64,000 nucleotides of DNA, from NCBI GenBank assembly GCA_964057225.1, contig OZ059895.1:62001-126000 (forward strand), written 5' to 3'. Numbering within the stretch: the first letter of the stretch is position 1; every line of letters starts with the position of its first letter. This DNA is from Auanema rhodensis (taxonomy: Eukaryota > Animalia > Nematoda). A program made the position numbers and the translations under genes. The notes under the pieces were generated by a model that was not told the DNA's origin, made no database searches, and saw only the letters and a list, made by a program, of their open reading frames with translations. Below are positions 1-12,400 of this stretch, piece by piece.

Positions 1-176
1 TAATTTTGAAAACCGCATCTCTTTATCTTTCACGTGAAGCGAGTTACATACCAAGTGCACATCGCGTGTACATTTAATTAGCATAAATTAAAGTTCACGT
101 AAATTTCAAAGTCATGGTTACCATGCACCAATATCAATAAAAATTTGTTGTTAGACTAATATGGACATGGGGAATC
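1..176 (+). repeat. Reference monomer (176 bp, ~33% GC; this copy carries the A64G variant)
   Basis: The next unit starts at 177. The consensus contains palindromes TTCACGTGAA (29-38), GTGCAC (55-60), CACGTG (63-68), TGTACA (67-72), TAATTA (75-80), AAATTT (101-106) and CATGGT-T-ACCATG (113-125). Confidence 0.97.
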
Positions 177-373
177 TAATTTTGAAAACCGCATCTCTTT
201 ATCTTTCACGTGAAGCGAGTTACATACCAAGTGCTCATCACGTGTACATTTAATTAGCATAAATTTACATTTAATTAGCATAAATTAAAGTTCACGTAAA
301 TTTCAAAGTCATGGTTACCATGCACCAATATCAATAAAAATTTGTTGTTAGACTAATATGGACATGGGGAATC
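177..373 (+). repeat. Example 197-bp monomer with a tandem 21-bp duplication of TACATTTAATTAGCATAAATT (245-265, 266-286); 32 such monomers in the window
   Basis: Read directly. The unit runs 177-373 (197 bp). 23 copies lie in 1-24.3 kb and 9 in 55.8-63.4 kb. Confidence 0.96.
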
Positions 374-3300
374 TAATTTTGAAAACCGCATCTCTTTATC
401 TTTCACGTGAAGCGAGTTACATACCAAGTGCACATCATGTGTACATTTAATTAGCATAAATTAAAGTTCACGTAATTTTTAAAGTCATGGTTACCATGAA
501 CCAATATCAATAAAAATTTGTTTTTAGACTAATATGGACATGGGGAATCTAATTTTGAAAACCGCATCTCTTTATCTTTCACGTGAAGCAAGTTACATAC
601 CAAGTGCACATCACGTGTACATTTAATTAGCATAAATTAAAGTTCACGTAAATTTCAAAGTCATGGTTACCATGCACCAATATCAATAAAAATTTGTTGT
701 TAGACTAATATGGACATGGGGAATCTAATTTTGAAAACCGCATCTCTTTATCTTTCACGTGAAGCGAGTTACATACCAAGTGCACATCACGTGTACATTT
801 AATTAGCATAAATTAAAGTTCACGTAAATTTCAAAGTCATGGTTACCATGCACCAATATCAATAAAAATTTGTTGTTAGACTAATATGGACATGGGGAAT
901 CTAATTTTGAAAACCGCATCTCTTTATCTTTCACGTGAAGCGAGTTACATACCAAGTGCACATCACGTGTACATTTAATTAGCATAAATTTACATTTAAT
1001 TGGCATAAATTAAAGTTCACGTAAATTTCAAAGTCATGGTTACCATGAACCAATATCAATAAAAATTTGTTTTTAGACTAATATGGACATGGGGAATCTA
1101 ATTTTGAAAACCGCATCTCTTTATCTTTCACGTGAAGCAAGTTACATACCAAGTGCACATCACGTGTACATTTAATTAGCATAAATTAAAGTTCACGTAA
1201 ATTTCAAAGTCATGGTTACCATGCACCAATATCAATAAAAATTTGTTGTTAGACTAATATGGACATGGGGAATCTAATTTTGAAAACCGCATCTTTTTAT
1301 CTTTCACGTGAAGCGAGTTACATACCAAGTGCACATCACGTGTACATTTAATTAGCATAAATTAAAGTTCACGTAAATTTCAAAGTCATGGTTACCATGC
1401 ACCAATATCAATAAAAATTGGTTTTTAGACTAATATGGACATGGGGAATCTAATTTTAAAAATCGCATCTCTTTATCTTTCACGTGAAGCGAGTTACATA
1501 CCAAGTGCACATCACGTGTACATTTAATTAGCATAAATTTACATTTAATTGGCATAAATTAAAGTTCACGTAAATTTCAAAGTCATGGTTACCATGAACC
1601 AATATCAATAAAAATTTGTTTTTAGACTAATATGGACATGGGGAATCTAATTTTGAAAACCGCATCTCTTTATCTTTCACGTGAAGCGAGTTACAAACCA
1701 AGTGCACATCACGTGTACATTTAATTAGCATAAATTAAAGTTCACGTAAATTTCAAAGTTATGGTTACCATGAACCAATATCAATAAAAATTTGTTTTTA
1801 GACTAATATGGACATGGGGAATCTAATTTTGAAAACCGCATCTCTTTATCTTTCACGTGAAGCGAGTTACATACCAAGTGCTCATCACGTGTACATTTAA
1901 TTAGCATAAATTTACATTTAATTAGCATAAATTAAAGTTCACGTAAATTTCAAAGTCATGGTTACCATGCACCAATATCAATAAAAATTTGTTGTTAGAC
2001 TAATATGGACATGGGGAATCTAATTTTGAAAACTGCATCTCTTTATCTTTCACGTGAAGCGAGTTACATACCAAGTGCACATCACGTGTACATTTAATTA
2101 GCATAAATTAAAGTTCACGTAATTTTCAAAGTCATGGTTACCATGAACCAATATCAATAAAAATTTGTTTTTAGACTAATATGGACATGGGGAATCTAAT
2201 TTTGAAAACCGCATCTCTTTATCTTTCACGTGAAGCAAGTTACATACCAAGTGCACATCACGTGTACATTTAATTAGCATAAATTAAAGTTCACGTAAAT
2301 TTCAAAGTCATGGTTACCATGCACCAATATCAATAAAAATTTGTTGTTAGACTAATATGGACATGGGGAATCTAATTTTGAAAACCGCATCTCTTTATCT
2401 TTCACGTGAAGCGAGTTACATACCAAGTGCACATCACGTGTACATTTAATTAGCATAAATTAAAGTTCACGTAAATTTCAAAGTCATGGTTACCATGCAC
2501 CAATATCAATAAAAATTGGTTTTTAGACTAATATGGACATGGGGAATCTAATTTTAAAAATCGCATCTCTTTATCTTTCACGTGAAGCGAGTTACATACC
2601 AAGTGCACATCACGTGTACATTTAATTATTTAATTAGCATAAATTAAAGTTCACGTAAATTTCAAAGTCATGGTTACCATGAACCAATATCAATAAAAAT
2701 TTGTTTTTAGACTAATATGGACATGGGGAATCTAAATTTGAAAACCGCATCTTTTTATCTTTCACGTGAAGCGAGTTACATACCAAGTGCACATCACGTG
2801 TACATTTAATTAGCATAAATTAAAGTTCACGTAAATTTCAAAGTCATGGTTACCATGAACCAATATCAATAAAAATTTGTTTTTAGACTAATATGGACAT
2901 GGGGAATCTAATTTTGGAAACCGCATCTCTTTATCTTTCACGTGAAGCAAGTTACATACCAAGTGCACATCACGTGTACATTTAATTAGCATAAATTAAA
3001 GTTCACGTAAATTTCAAAGTCATGGTTACCATGCACCAATATCAATAAAAATTTGATGTTAGACTAATATGGACATGGGGAATCTAATTTTGAAAACCGC
3101 ATTTCTTTATCTTTCACGTGAAGCGAGTTACATACCAAGTGCACATCACGTGTACATTTAATTAGCATAAATTAAAGTTCACGTAAATTTCAAAGTCATG
3201 GTTACCATGCACCAATATCAATAAAAATTTGTTTTTAGACTAATATGGACATGGGGAATCTAAATTTGAAAACCGCATCTCTTTATCTTTCACGTGAAGC

Positions 3301-6300
3301 GAGTTACATACCAAGTGCACATCACGTGTACATTTAATTAGCATAAATTAAAGTTCACGTAAATTTCAAAGTCATGGTTACCATGAACCAATATCAATAA
3401 AAATTTGTTTTTAGACTAATATGGACATGGGGAATCTAATTTTGGAAACCTCATCTCTTTATCTTTCACGTGAAGCGAGTTACATACCAAGTGCACATCA
3501 CGTGTACATTTATATAGCATAAATTAAAGTTCACGTAAATTTCAAAGTCATGGTTACCATGCACCAATATCAATAAAAATTTGTTGTTAGACTAATATGG
3601 ACATGGGGAATCTAATTTTGAAAACCGCATCTCTTTATCTTTCACGTGAAGCGAGTTACATACCAAGTGCACATCACGTGTACATTTAATTAGCATAAAT
3701 TAAAGTTCACGTAAATTTCAAAGTCATGGTTACCATGCACCAATATCAATAAAAATTTGTTGTTAGACTAATATGGACATGGGGAATCTAATTTTGAAAA
3801 CCGCATCTCTTTATCTTTCACGTGAAGCGAGTTACATACCAAGTGCACATCACGTGTACATTTAATTAGCATAAATTAAAGTTCACGTAAATTTCAAAGT
3901 CATGGTTACCATGAACCAATATCAATAAAAATTTGTTTTTAGACTAATATGGACATGGGGAATCTAAATTTGAAAACCGCATCTCTTTATCTTTCACGTG
4001 AAGCGAGTTACACACCAAGTGCACATCACGTGTACATTTAATTAGCATAAATTAAAGTTCACGTAAATTTCAAAGTCATGGTTACCATGAACCAATATCA
4101 ATAAAAATTTGTTTTTAGACTAATATGGACATGGGGAATCTAATTTTGAAAACCGCATCTCTTTATCTTTCACGTGAAGCGAGTTACATACCAAGTGCAC
4201 ATCACGTGTACATTTATATAGCATAAATTAAAGTTCACGTAAATTTCAAAGTCATGGTTACCATGCACCAATATCAATAAAAATTTGTTTTTAGACTAAT
4301 ATGGACATGGGGAATCTAAATTTGAAAACCGCATCTCTTTATCTTTCACGTGAAGCGAGTTACACACCAAGTGCACATCACGTGTACATTTAATTAGCAT
4401 AAATTAAAGTTCACGTAAATTTCAAAGTCATGGTTACCATGAACCAATATCAATAAAAATTTGTTTTTAGACTAATATGGACATGGGGAATCTAATTTTG
4501 AAAACCGCATCTCTTTATCTTTCACGTGAAGCGAGTTACATACCAAGTGCACATCACGTGTACATTTATATAGCATAAATTAAAGTTCACGTAAATTTCA
4601 AAGTCATGGTTACCATGCACCAATATCAATAAAAATTTGTTGTTAGACTAATATGGACATGGGGAATCTAATTTTGAAAACCGCATCTCTTTATCTTTCA
4701 CGTGAAGCGAGTTACATACCAAGTGCCCATCACGTGTACATTTAATTAGCATAAATTTACATTTAATTGGCATAAATTAAAGTTCACGTAAATTTCAAAG
4801 TCATGGTTACCATGAACCAATATCAATAAAAATTTGTTTTTAGACTAATATGGACATGGGGAATCTAATTTTGGAAACCGCATCTCTTTATCTTTCACGT
4901 GAAGCAAGTTACATACCAAGTGCACATCACGTGTACATTTAATTAGCATAAATTAAAGTTCACGTAAATTTCAAAGTCATGGTTACCATGCACCAATATC
5001 AATAAAAATTTGTTGTTAGACTAATATGGACATGGGGAATCTAATTTTGAAAACCGCATCTCTTTATCTTTCACGTGAAGCGAGTTACATACCAAGTGCA
5101 CATCACGTGTACATTTAATTAGCATAAATTAAAGTTCACGTAAATTTCAAAGTCATGGTTACCATGCACCAATATCAATAAAAATTGGTTTTTAGACTAA
5201 TATGGACATGGGGAATCTAATTTTGAGAATCGCATCTCTTTATCTTTCACGTGAAGCGAGTTACATACCAAGTGCACATCACGTGTACATTTAATTAGCA
5301 TAAATTAAAGTTCACGTAAATTTCAAAGTCATGGTTACCATGAACCAATATCAATAAAAATTTGTTTTTATACTAATATGGACATGGGGAATCTAATTTT
5401 GAAAACCGCATCTCTTTATCTTTCACGTGAAGCGAGTTGCATACCAAGTGCACATCACGTGTACATTTAATTAGCATAAATTAAAGTTCACGTAAATTTC
5501 AAAGTCATGGTTACCATGCACCAATATCAATAAAAATTTGTTGTTAGACTAATATGGACATGGGGAATCTAATTTTGAAAACCGCATCTCTTTATCTTTC
5601 ACGTGAAGCGAGTTACATACCAAGTGCACATCACGTGTACATTTAATTAGCATAAATTAAAGTTCACGTAAATTTCAAAGTCATGGTTACCATGCACCAA
5701 TATCAATAAAAATTTGTTGTTAGACTAATATGGACATGGGGAATCTAATTTTGAAAACCGCATCTCTTTATCTTTCACGTGAAGCGAGTTACATACCAAG
5801 TGCACATCACGTGTACATTTAATTAGCATAAATTTACATTTAATTGGCATAAATTAAAGTTCACGTAAATTTCAAAGTCATGGTTACCATGAACCAATAT
5901 CAATAAAAATTTGTTTTTAGACTAATATGGACATGGGAAATCTAATTTTGAAAACCGCATCTCTTTATCTTTCACGTGAAGCGAGTTACAAACCAAGTGC
6001 ACATCACGTGTACATTTAATTAGCATAAATTAAAGTTCACGTAAATTTCAAAGTCATGGTTACCATGAACCAATATCAATAAAAATTTGTTTTTAGACTA
6101 ATATGGACATGGGGAATCTAATTTTGAAAACCGCATCTCTTTATCTTTCACGTGAAGCGAGTTACATACCAAGTGCACATCGCGTGTACATTTAATTAGC
6201 ATAAATTAAAGTTCACGTAAATTTCAAAGTCATGGTTACCATGCACCAATATCAATAAAAATTTGTTGTTAGACTAATATGGACATGGGGAATCTAATTT

Positions 6301-6499
6301 TGAAAACCGCATCTCTTTATCTTTCACGTGAAGCGAGTTACATACCAAGTGCTCATCACGTGTACATTTAATTAGCATAAATTTACATTTAATTAGCATA
6401 AATTAAAGTTCACGTAAATTTCAAAGTCATGGTTACCATGCACCAATATCAATAAAAATTTGTTGTTAGACTAATATGGACATGGGGAATCTAATTTTG

Positions 6500-9400
6500 A
6501 AAACCGCATCTCTTTATCTTTCACGTGAAGCGAGTTACATACCAAGTGCACATCACGTGTACATTTAATTAGCATAAATTAAAGTTCACGTAATTTTTAA
6601 AGTCATGGTTACCATGAACCAATATCAATAAAAATTTGTTTTTAGACTAATATGGACATGGGGAATCTAATTTTGAAAACCGCATCTCTTTATCTTTCAC
6701 GTGAAGCAAGTTACATACCAAGTGCACATCACGTGTACATTTAATTAGCATAAATTAAAGTTCACGTAAATTTCAAAGTCATGGTTACCATGCACCAATA
6801 TCAATAAAAATTTGTTGTTAGACTAATATGGACATGGGGAATCTAATTTTGAAAACCGCATCTCTTTATCTTTCACGTGAAGCGAGTTACATACCAAGTG
6901 CACATCACGTGTACATTTAATTAGCATAAATTAAAGTTCACGTAAATTTCAAAGTCATGGTTACCATGCACCAATATCAATAAAAATTGGTTTTTAGACT
7001 AATATGGACATGGGGAATCTAATTTTAAAAATCGCATCTCTTTATCTTTCACGTGAAGCGAGTTACATACCAAGTGCACATCACGTGTACATTTAATTAG
7101 CATAAATTAAAGTTCACGTAAATTTCAAAGTCATGGTTACCATGAACCAATATCAATAAAAATTTGTTTTTAGACTAATATGGACATGGGGAATCTAAAT
7201 TTGAAAACGGCATCTTTTTATCTTTCACGTGAAGCGAGTTACATACCAAGTGCACATCACGTGTACATTTAATTAGCATAAATTAAAGTTCACGTAAATT
7301 TCAAAGTCATGGTTACCATGAACCAATATCAATAAAAATTTGTTTTTAGACTAATATGGACATGGGGAATCTAATTTTGGAAACCGCATCTCTTTATCTT
7401 TCACGTGAAGCAAGTTACATACCAAGTGCACATCACGTGTACATTTAATTAGCATAAATTAAAGTTCACGTAAATTTCAAAGTCATGGTTACCATGCATC
7501 AATATCAATAAAAATTTGTTGTTAGACTAATATGGACATGGGGAATCTAATTTTGAAAACCGCATCTCTTTATCTTTCACGTGAAGCGAGTTACATACCA
7601 AGTGCACATCACGTGTACATTTAATTAGCATAAATTAAAGTTCACGTAAATTTCAAAGTCATGGTTACCATGCACCAATATCAATAAAAATTTGTTTTTA
7701 GACTAATATGGACATGGGGAATCTAAATTTGAAAACCGCATCTCTTTATCTTTCACGTGAAGCGAGTTACATACCAAGTGCACATCACGTGTACATTTAA
7801 TTAGCATAAATTAAAGTTCACGTAAATTTCAAAGTCATGGTTACCATGAACCAATATCAATAAAAATTTGTTTTTAGACTAATATGGACATGGGGAATCT
7901 AATTTTGGAAACCGCATCTCTTTATCTTTCACGTGAAGCGAGTTACATACCAAGTGCACATCACGTGTACATTTATATAGCATAAATTAAAGTTCACGTA
8001 AATTTCAAAGTCATGGTTACCATGCACCAATATCAATAAAAATTTGTTGTTAGACTAATATGGACATGGGGAATCTAATTTTGAAAACCGCATCTCTTTA
8101 TCTTTCACGTGAAGCGAGTTACATACCAAGTGCACATCACGTGTACATTTAATTAGCATAAATTAAAGTTCACGTAAATTTCAAAGTCATGGTTACCATG
8201 CACCAATATCAATAAAAATTTGTTGTTAGACTAATATGGACATGGGGAATCTAATTTTGAAAACCGCATCTCTTTATCTTTCACGTGAAGCGAGTTACAT
8301 ACCAAGTGCACATCACGTGTACATTTAATTAACATAAATTAAAGTTCACGTAAATTTCAAAGTCATGGTTACCATGAACCAATATCAATAAAAATTTGTT
8401 TTTAGACTAATATGGACATGGGGAATCTAAATTTGAAAACCGCATCTCTTTATCTTTCACGTGAAGCGAGTTACATACCAAGTGCACATCACGTGTACAT
8501 TTAATTAGCATAAATTAAAGTTCACGTAAATTTCAAAGTCATGGTTACCATGAACCAATATCAATAAAAATTTGTTTTTAGACTAATATGGACATGGGGA
8601 ATCTAATTTTGAAAACCGCATCTCTTTATCTTTCACGTGAAGCGAGTTACATACCAAGTGCACATCACGTGTACATTTATATAGCATAAATTAAAGTTCA
8701 CGTAAATTTCAAAGTCATGGTTACCATGCACCAATATCAATAAAAATTTGTTGTTAGACTAATATGGACATGGGGAATCTAATTTTGAAAACCGCATCTC
8801 TTTATCTTTCACGTGAAGCGAGTTACATACCAAGTGCCCATCACGTGTACATTTAATTAGCATAAATTTACATTTAATTGGCATAAATTAAAGTTCACGT
8901 AAATTTCAAAGTCATGGTTACCATGAACCAATATCAATAAAAATTTGTTTTTAGACTAATATGGACATGGGGAATCTAATTTTGAAAACCGCATCTCTTT
9001 ATCTTTCACGTGAAGCGAGTTACATACCAAGTGCACATCACGTGTACATTTAATTAGCATAAATTAAAGTTCACGTAAATTTCAAAGTCATGGTTACCAT
9101 GAACCAATATCAATAAAAATTTGTTTTTATACTAATATGGACATGGGGAATCTAATTTTGAAAACCGCATCTCTTTATCTTTCACGTGAAGCGAGTTGCA
9201 TACCAAGTGCACATCACGTGTACATTTAATTAGCATAAATTAAAGTTCACGTAAATTTCAAAGTCATGGTTACCATGCACCAATATCAATTAAAATTTGT
9301 TGTTAGACTAATATGGACATGGGGAATCTAATTTTGAAAACCGCATCTCTCTATCTTTCACGTGAAGCGAGTTACATACCAAGTGCACATCACGTGTACA

Positions 9401-12400
9401 TTTAATTAGCATAAATTAAAGTTCACGTAAATTTCAAAGTCATGGTTACCATGCACCAATATCAATAAAAATTTGTTGTTAGACTAATATGGACATGGGG
9501 AATCTAATTTTGAAAACCGCATCTCTTTATCTTTCACGTGAAGCGAGTTACATACCAAGTGCACATCACGTGTACATTTAATTAGCATAAATTTACATTT
9601 AATTGGCATAAATTAAAGTTCACGTAAATTTCAAAGTCATGGTTACCATGAACCAATATCAATAAAAATTTGTTTTTAGACTAATATGGACATGGGGAAT
9701 CTAAATTTGAAAACCGCATCTCTTTATCTTTCACGTGAAGCGAGTTACATACCAAGTGCACATCACGTGTACATTTAATTAGCATAAATTAAAGTTCACG
9801 TAAATTTCAAAGTCATGGTTACCATGAACCAATATCAATAAAAATTTGTTTTTAGACTAATATGGACATGGGGAATCTAATTTTGAAAACCGCATCTCTT
9901 TATCTTTCACGTGAAGCGAGTTACATACCAAGTGCACATCACGTGTACATTTATATAGCATAAATTAAAGTTCACGTAAATTTCAAAGTCATGGTTACCA
10001 TGCACCAATATCAATAAAAATTTGTTGTTAGACTAATATAGACATGGGGAATCTAATTTTGAAAACCGCATCTCTTTATCTTTCACGTGAAGCGAGTTAC
10101 ATACCAAGTGCCCATCACGTGTACATTTAATTAGCATAAATTTACATTTAATTGGCATAAATTAAAGTTCACGTAAATTTCAAAGTCATGGTTACCATGA
10201 ACCAATATCAATAAAAATTTGTTTTTAGACTAATATGGACATGGGGAATCTAATTTTGAAAACCGCATCTCATTATCTTTCACGTGAAGCGAGTTACATA
10301 CCAAGTGCACATCACGTGTACATTTAATTAGCATAAATTAAAGTTCACGTAAATTTCAAAGTCATGGTTACCATGAACCAATATCAATAAAAATTTGTTT
10401 TTATACTAATATGGACATGGGGAATCTAATTTTGAAAACCGCATCTCTTTATCTTTCACGTGAAGCGAGTTACATACCAAGTGCACATCACGTGTACATT
10501 TAATTAGCATAAATTAAAGTTCACGTAATTTTTAAAGTCATGGTTACCATGAACCAATATCAATAAAAATTTGTTTTTAGACTAATATGGACATGGGGAA
10601 TCTAATTTTGAAAACCGCATCTCTTTATCTTACACGTGAAGCAAGTTACATACCAAGTGCACATCACGTGTACATTTAATTAGCATAAATTAAAGTTCAC
10701 GTAAATTTCAAAGTCATGGTTACCATGCACCAATATCAATAAAAATTTGTTGTTAGACTAATATGGACATGGGGAATCTAATTTTGAAAACCGCATCTCT
10801 TTATCTTTCACGTGAAGCGAGTTACATACCAAGTGCACATCACGTGTACATTTAATTAGCATAAATTAAAGTTCACGTAAATTTCAAAGTCATGGTTACC
10901 ATGCACCAATATCAATAAAAATTGGTTTTTAGACTAATATGGACATGGGGAATCTAATTTTAAAAATCGCATCTCTTTATCTTTCACGTGAAGCGAGTTA
11001 CATACCAAGTGCACATCACGTGTACATTTAATTAGCATAAATTAAAGTTCACGTAAATTTCAAAGTCATGGTTACCATGAACCAATATCAATAAAAATTT
11101 GTTTTTAGACTAATATGGACATGGGGAATCTAAATTTGAAAACCGCATCTTTTTATCTTTCACGTGAAGCGAGTTACATACCAAGTGCACATCACGTGTA
11201 CATTTAATTAGCATAAATTAAAGTTCACGTAAATTTCAAAGTCATGGTTACCATGAACCAATATCAATAAAAATTTGTTTTTAGACTAATATGGACATGG
11301 GGAATCTAATTTTGGAAACCGCATCTCTTTATCTTTCACGTGAAGCAAGTTACATACCAAGTGCACATCACGTGTACATTTAATTAGCATAAATTAAAGT
11401 TCACGTAAATTTCAAAGTCATGGTTACCATGCACCAATATCAATAAAAATTTGTTGTTAGACTAATATGGACATGGGGAATCTAATTTTGAAAACCGCAT
11501 CTCTTTATCTTTCACGTGAAGCGAGTTACATACCAAGTGCACATCACGTGTACATTTAATTAGCATAAATTAAAGTTCACGTAAATTTCAAAGTCATGGT
11601 TACCATGCACCAATATCAATAAAAATTTGTTTTTAGACTAATATGGACATGGGGAATCTAAATTTGAAAACCGCATCTCTTTATCTTTCACGTGAAGCGA
11701 GTTACATACCAAGTGCACATCACGTGTACATTTAATTAGCATAAATTAAAGTTCACGTAAATTTCAAAGTCATGGTTACCATGAACCAATATCAATAAAA
11801 ATTTGTTTTTAGACTAATATGGACATGGGGAATCTAATTTTGAAAACCGCATCTCTTTATCTTTCACGTGAAGCGAGTTACATACCAAGTGCACATCACG
11901 TGTACATTTATATAGCATAAATTAAAGTTCACGTAAATTTCAAAGTCATGGTTACCATGCACCAATATCAATAAAAATTTGTTGTTAGACTAATATGGAC
12001 ATGGGGAATCTAATTTTGAAAACCGCATCTCTTTATCTTTCACGTGAAGCGAGTTACATACCAAGTGCACATCACGTGTACATTTAATTAGCATAAATTA
12101 AAGTTCACGTAAATTTCAAAGTCATGGTTACCATGCACCAATATCAATAAAAATTTGTTGTTAGACTAATATGGACATGGGGAATCTAATTTTGAAAACC
12201 GCATCTCTTTATCTTTCACGTGAAGCGAGTTACATACCAAGTGCACATCACGTGTACATTTAATTAGCATAAATTAAAGTTCACGTAAATTTCAAAGTCA
12301 TGGTTACCATGAACCAATATCAATAAAAATTTGTTTTTAGACTAATATGGACATGGGGAATCTAAATTTGAAAACCGCATCTCTTTATCTTTCACGTGAA

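Noticed and set aside
136-141. AATAAA polyadenylation-like signal in each monomer
   Set aside because: Expected by chance in AT-rich DNA, and there is no transcript context.
163-172. G-rich patch GGACATGGGG as a G-quadruplex or telomere-like motif
   Set aside because: There is only one G-run of 3 or more per 176 bp and no telomeric repeat.
61-176. Resemblance to a budding-yeast point centromere (CDEI-like ATCACGTG, ~77 bp gap, then TGTTTTT)
   Set aside because: The essential CDEIII CCGAA core is missing at the required position, the spacer is far below the ~90% AT of CDEII, and point centromeres are not tandemly arrayed.
1-176. Identity with known ~176-180 bp satellites (Brassica CentBr, Arabidopsis CEN178, honeybee AluI) or alpha satellite
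   Set aside because: Only the length is similar. There is no AAGCTT/AGCT site, no CENP-B box and no similarity I can recognise from memory. A database search is needed.
161-253. 30-codon ORF (MDMGNLILKTASLYLSREASYIPSAHHVYI) present in most monomers
   Set aside because: Its length is expected by chance and it resembles no protein I recognise. The unit length is not a multiple of 3, stops are frequent, and the ORF is frameshifted in the T-deletion 175-mers.
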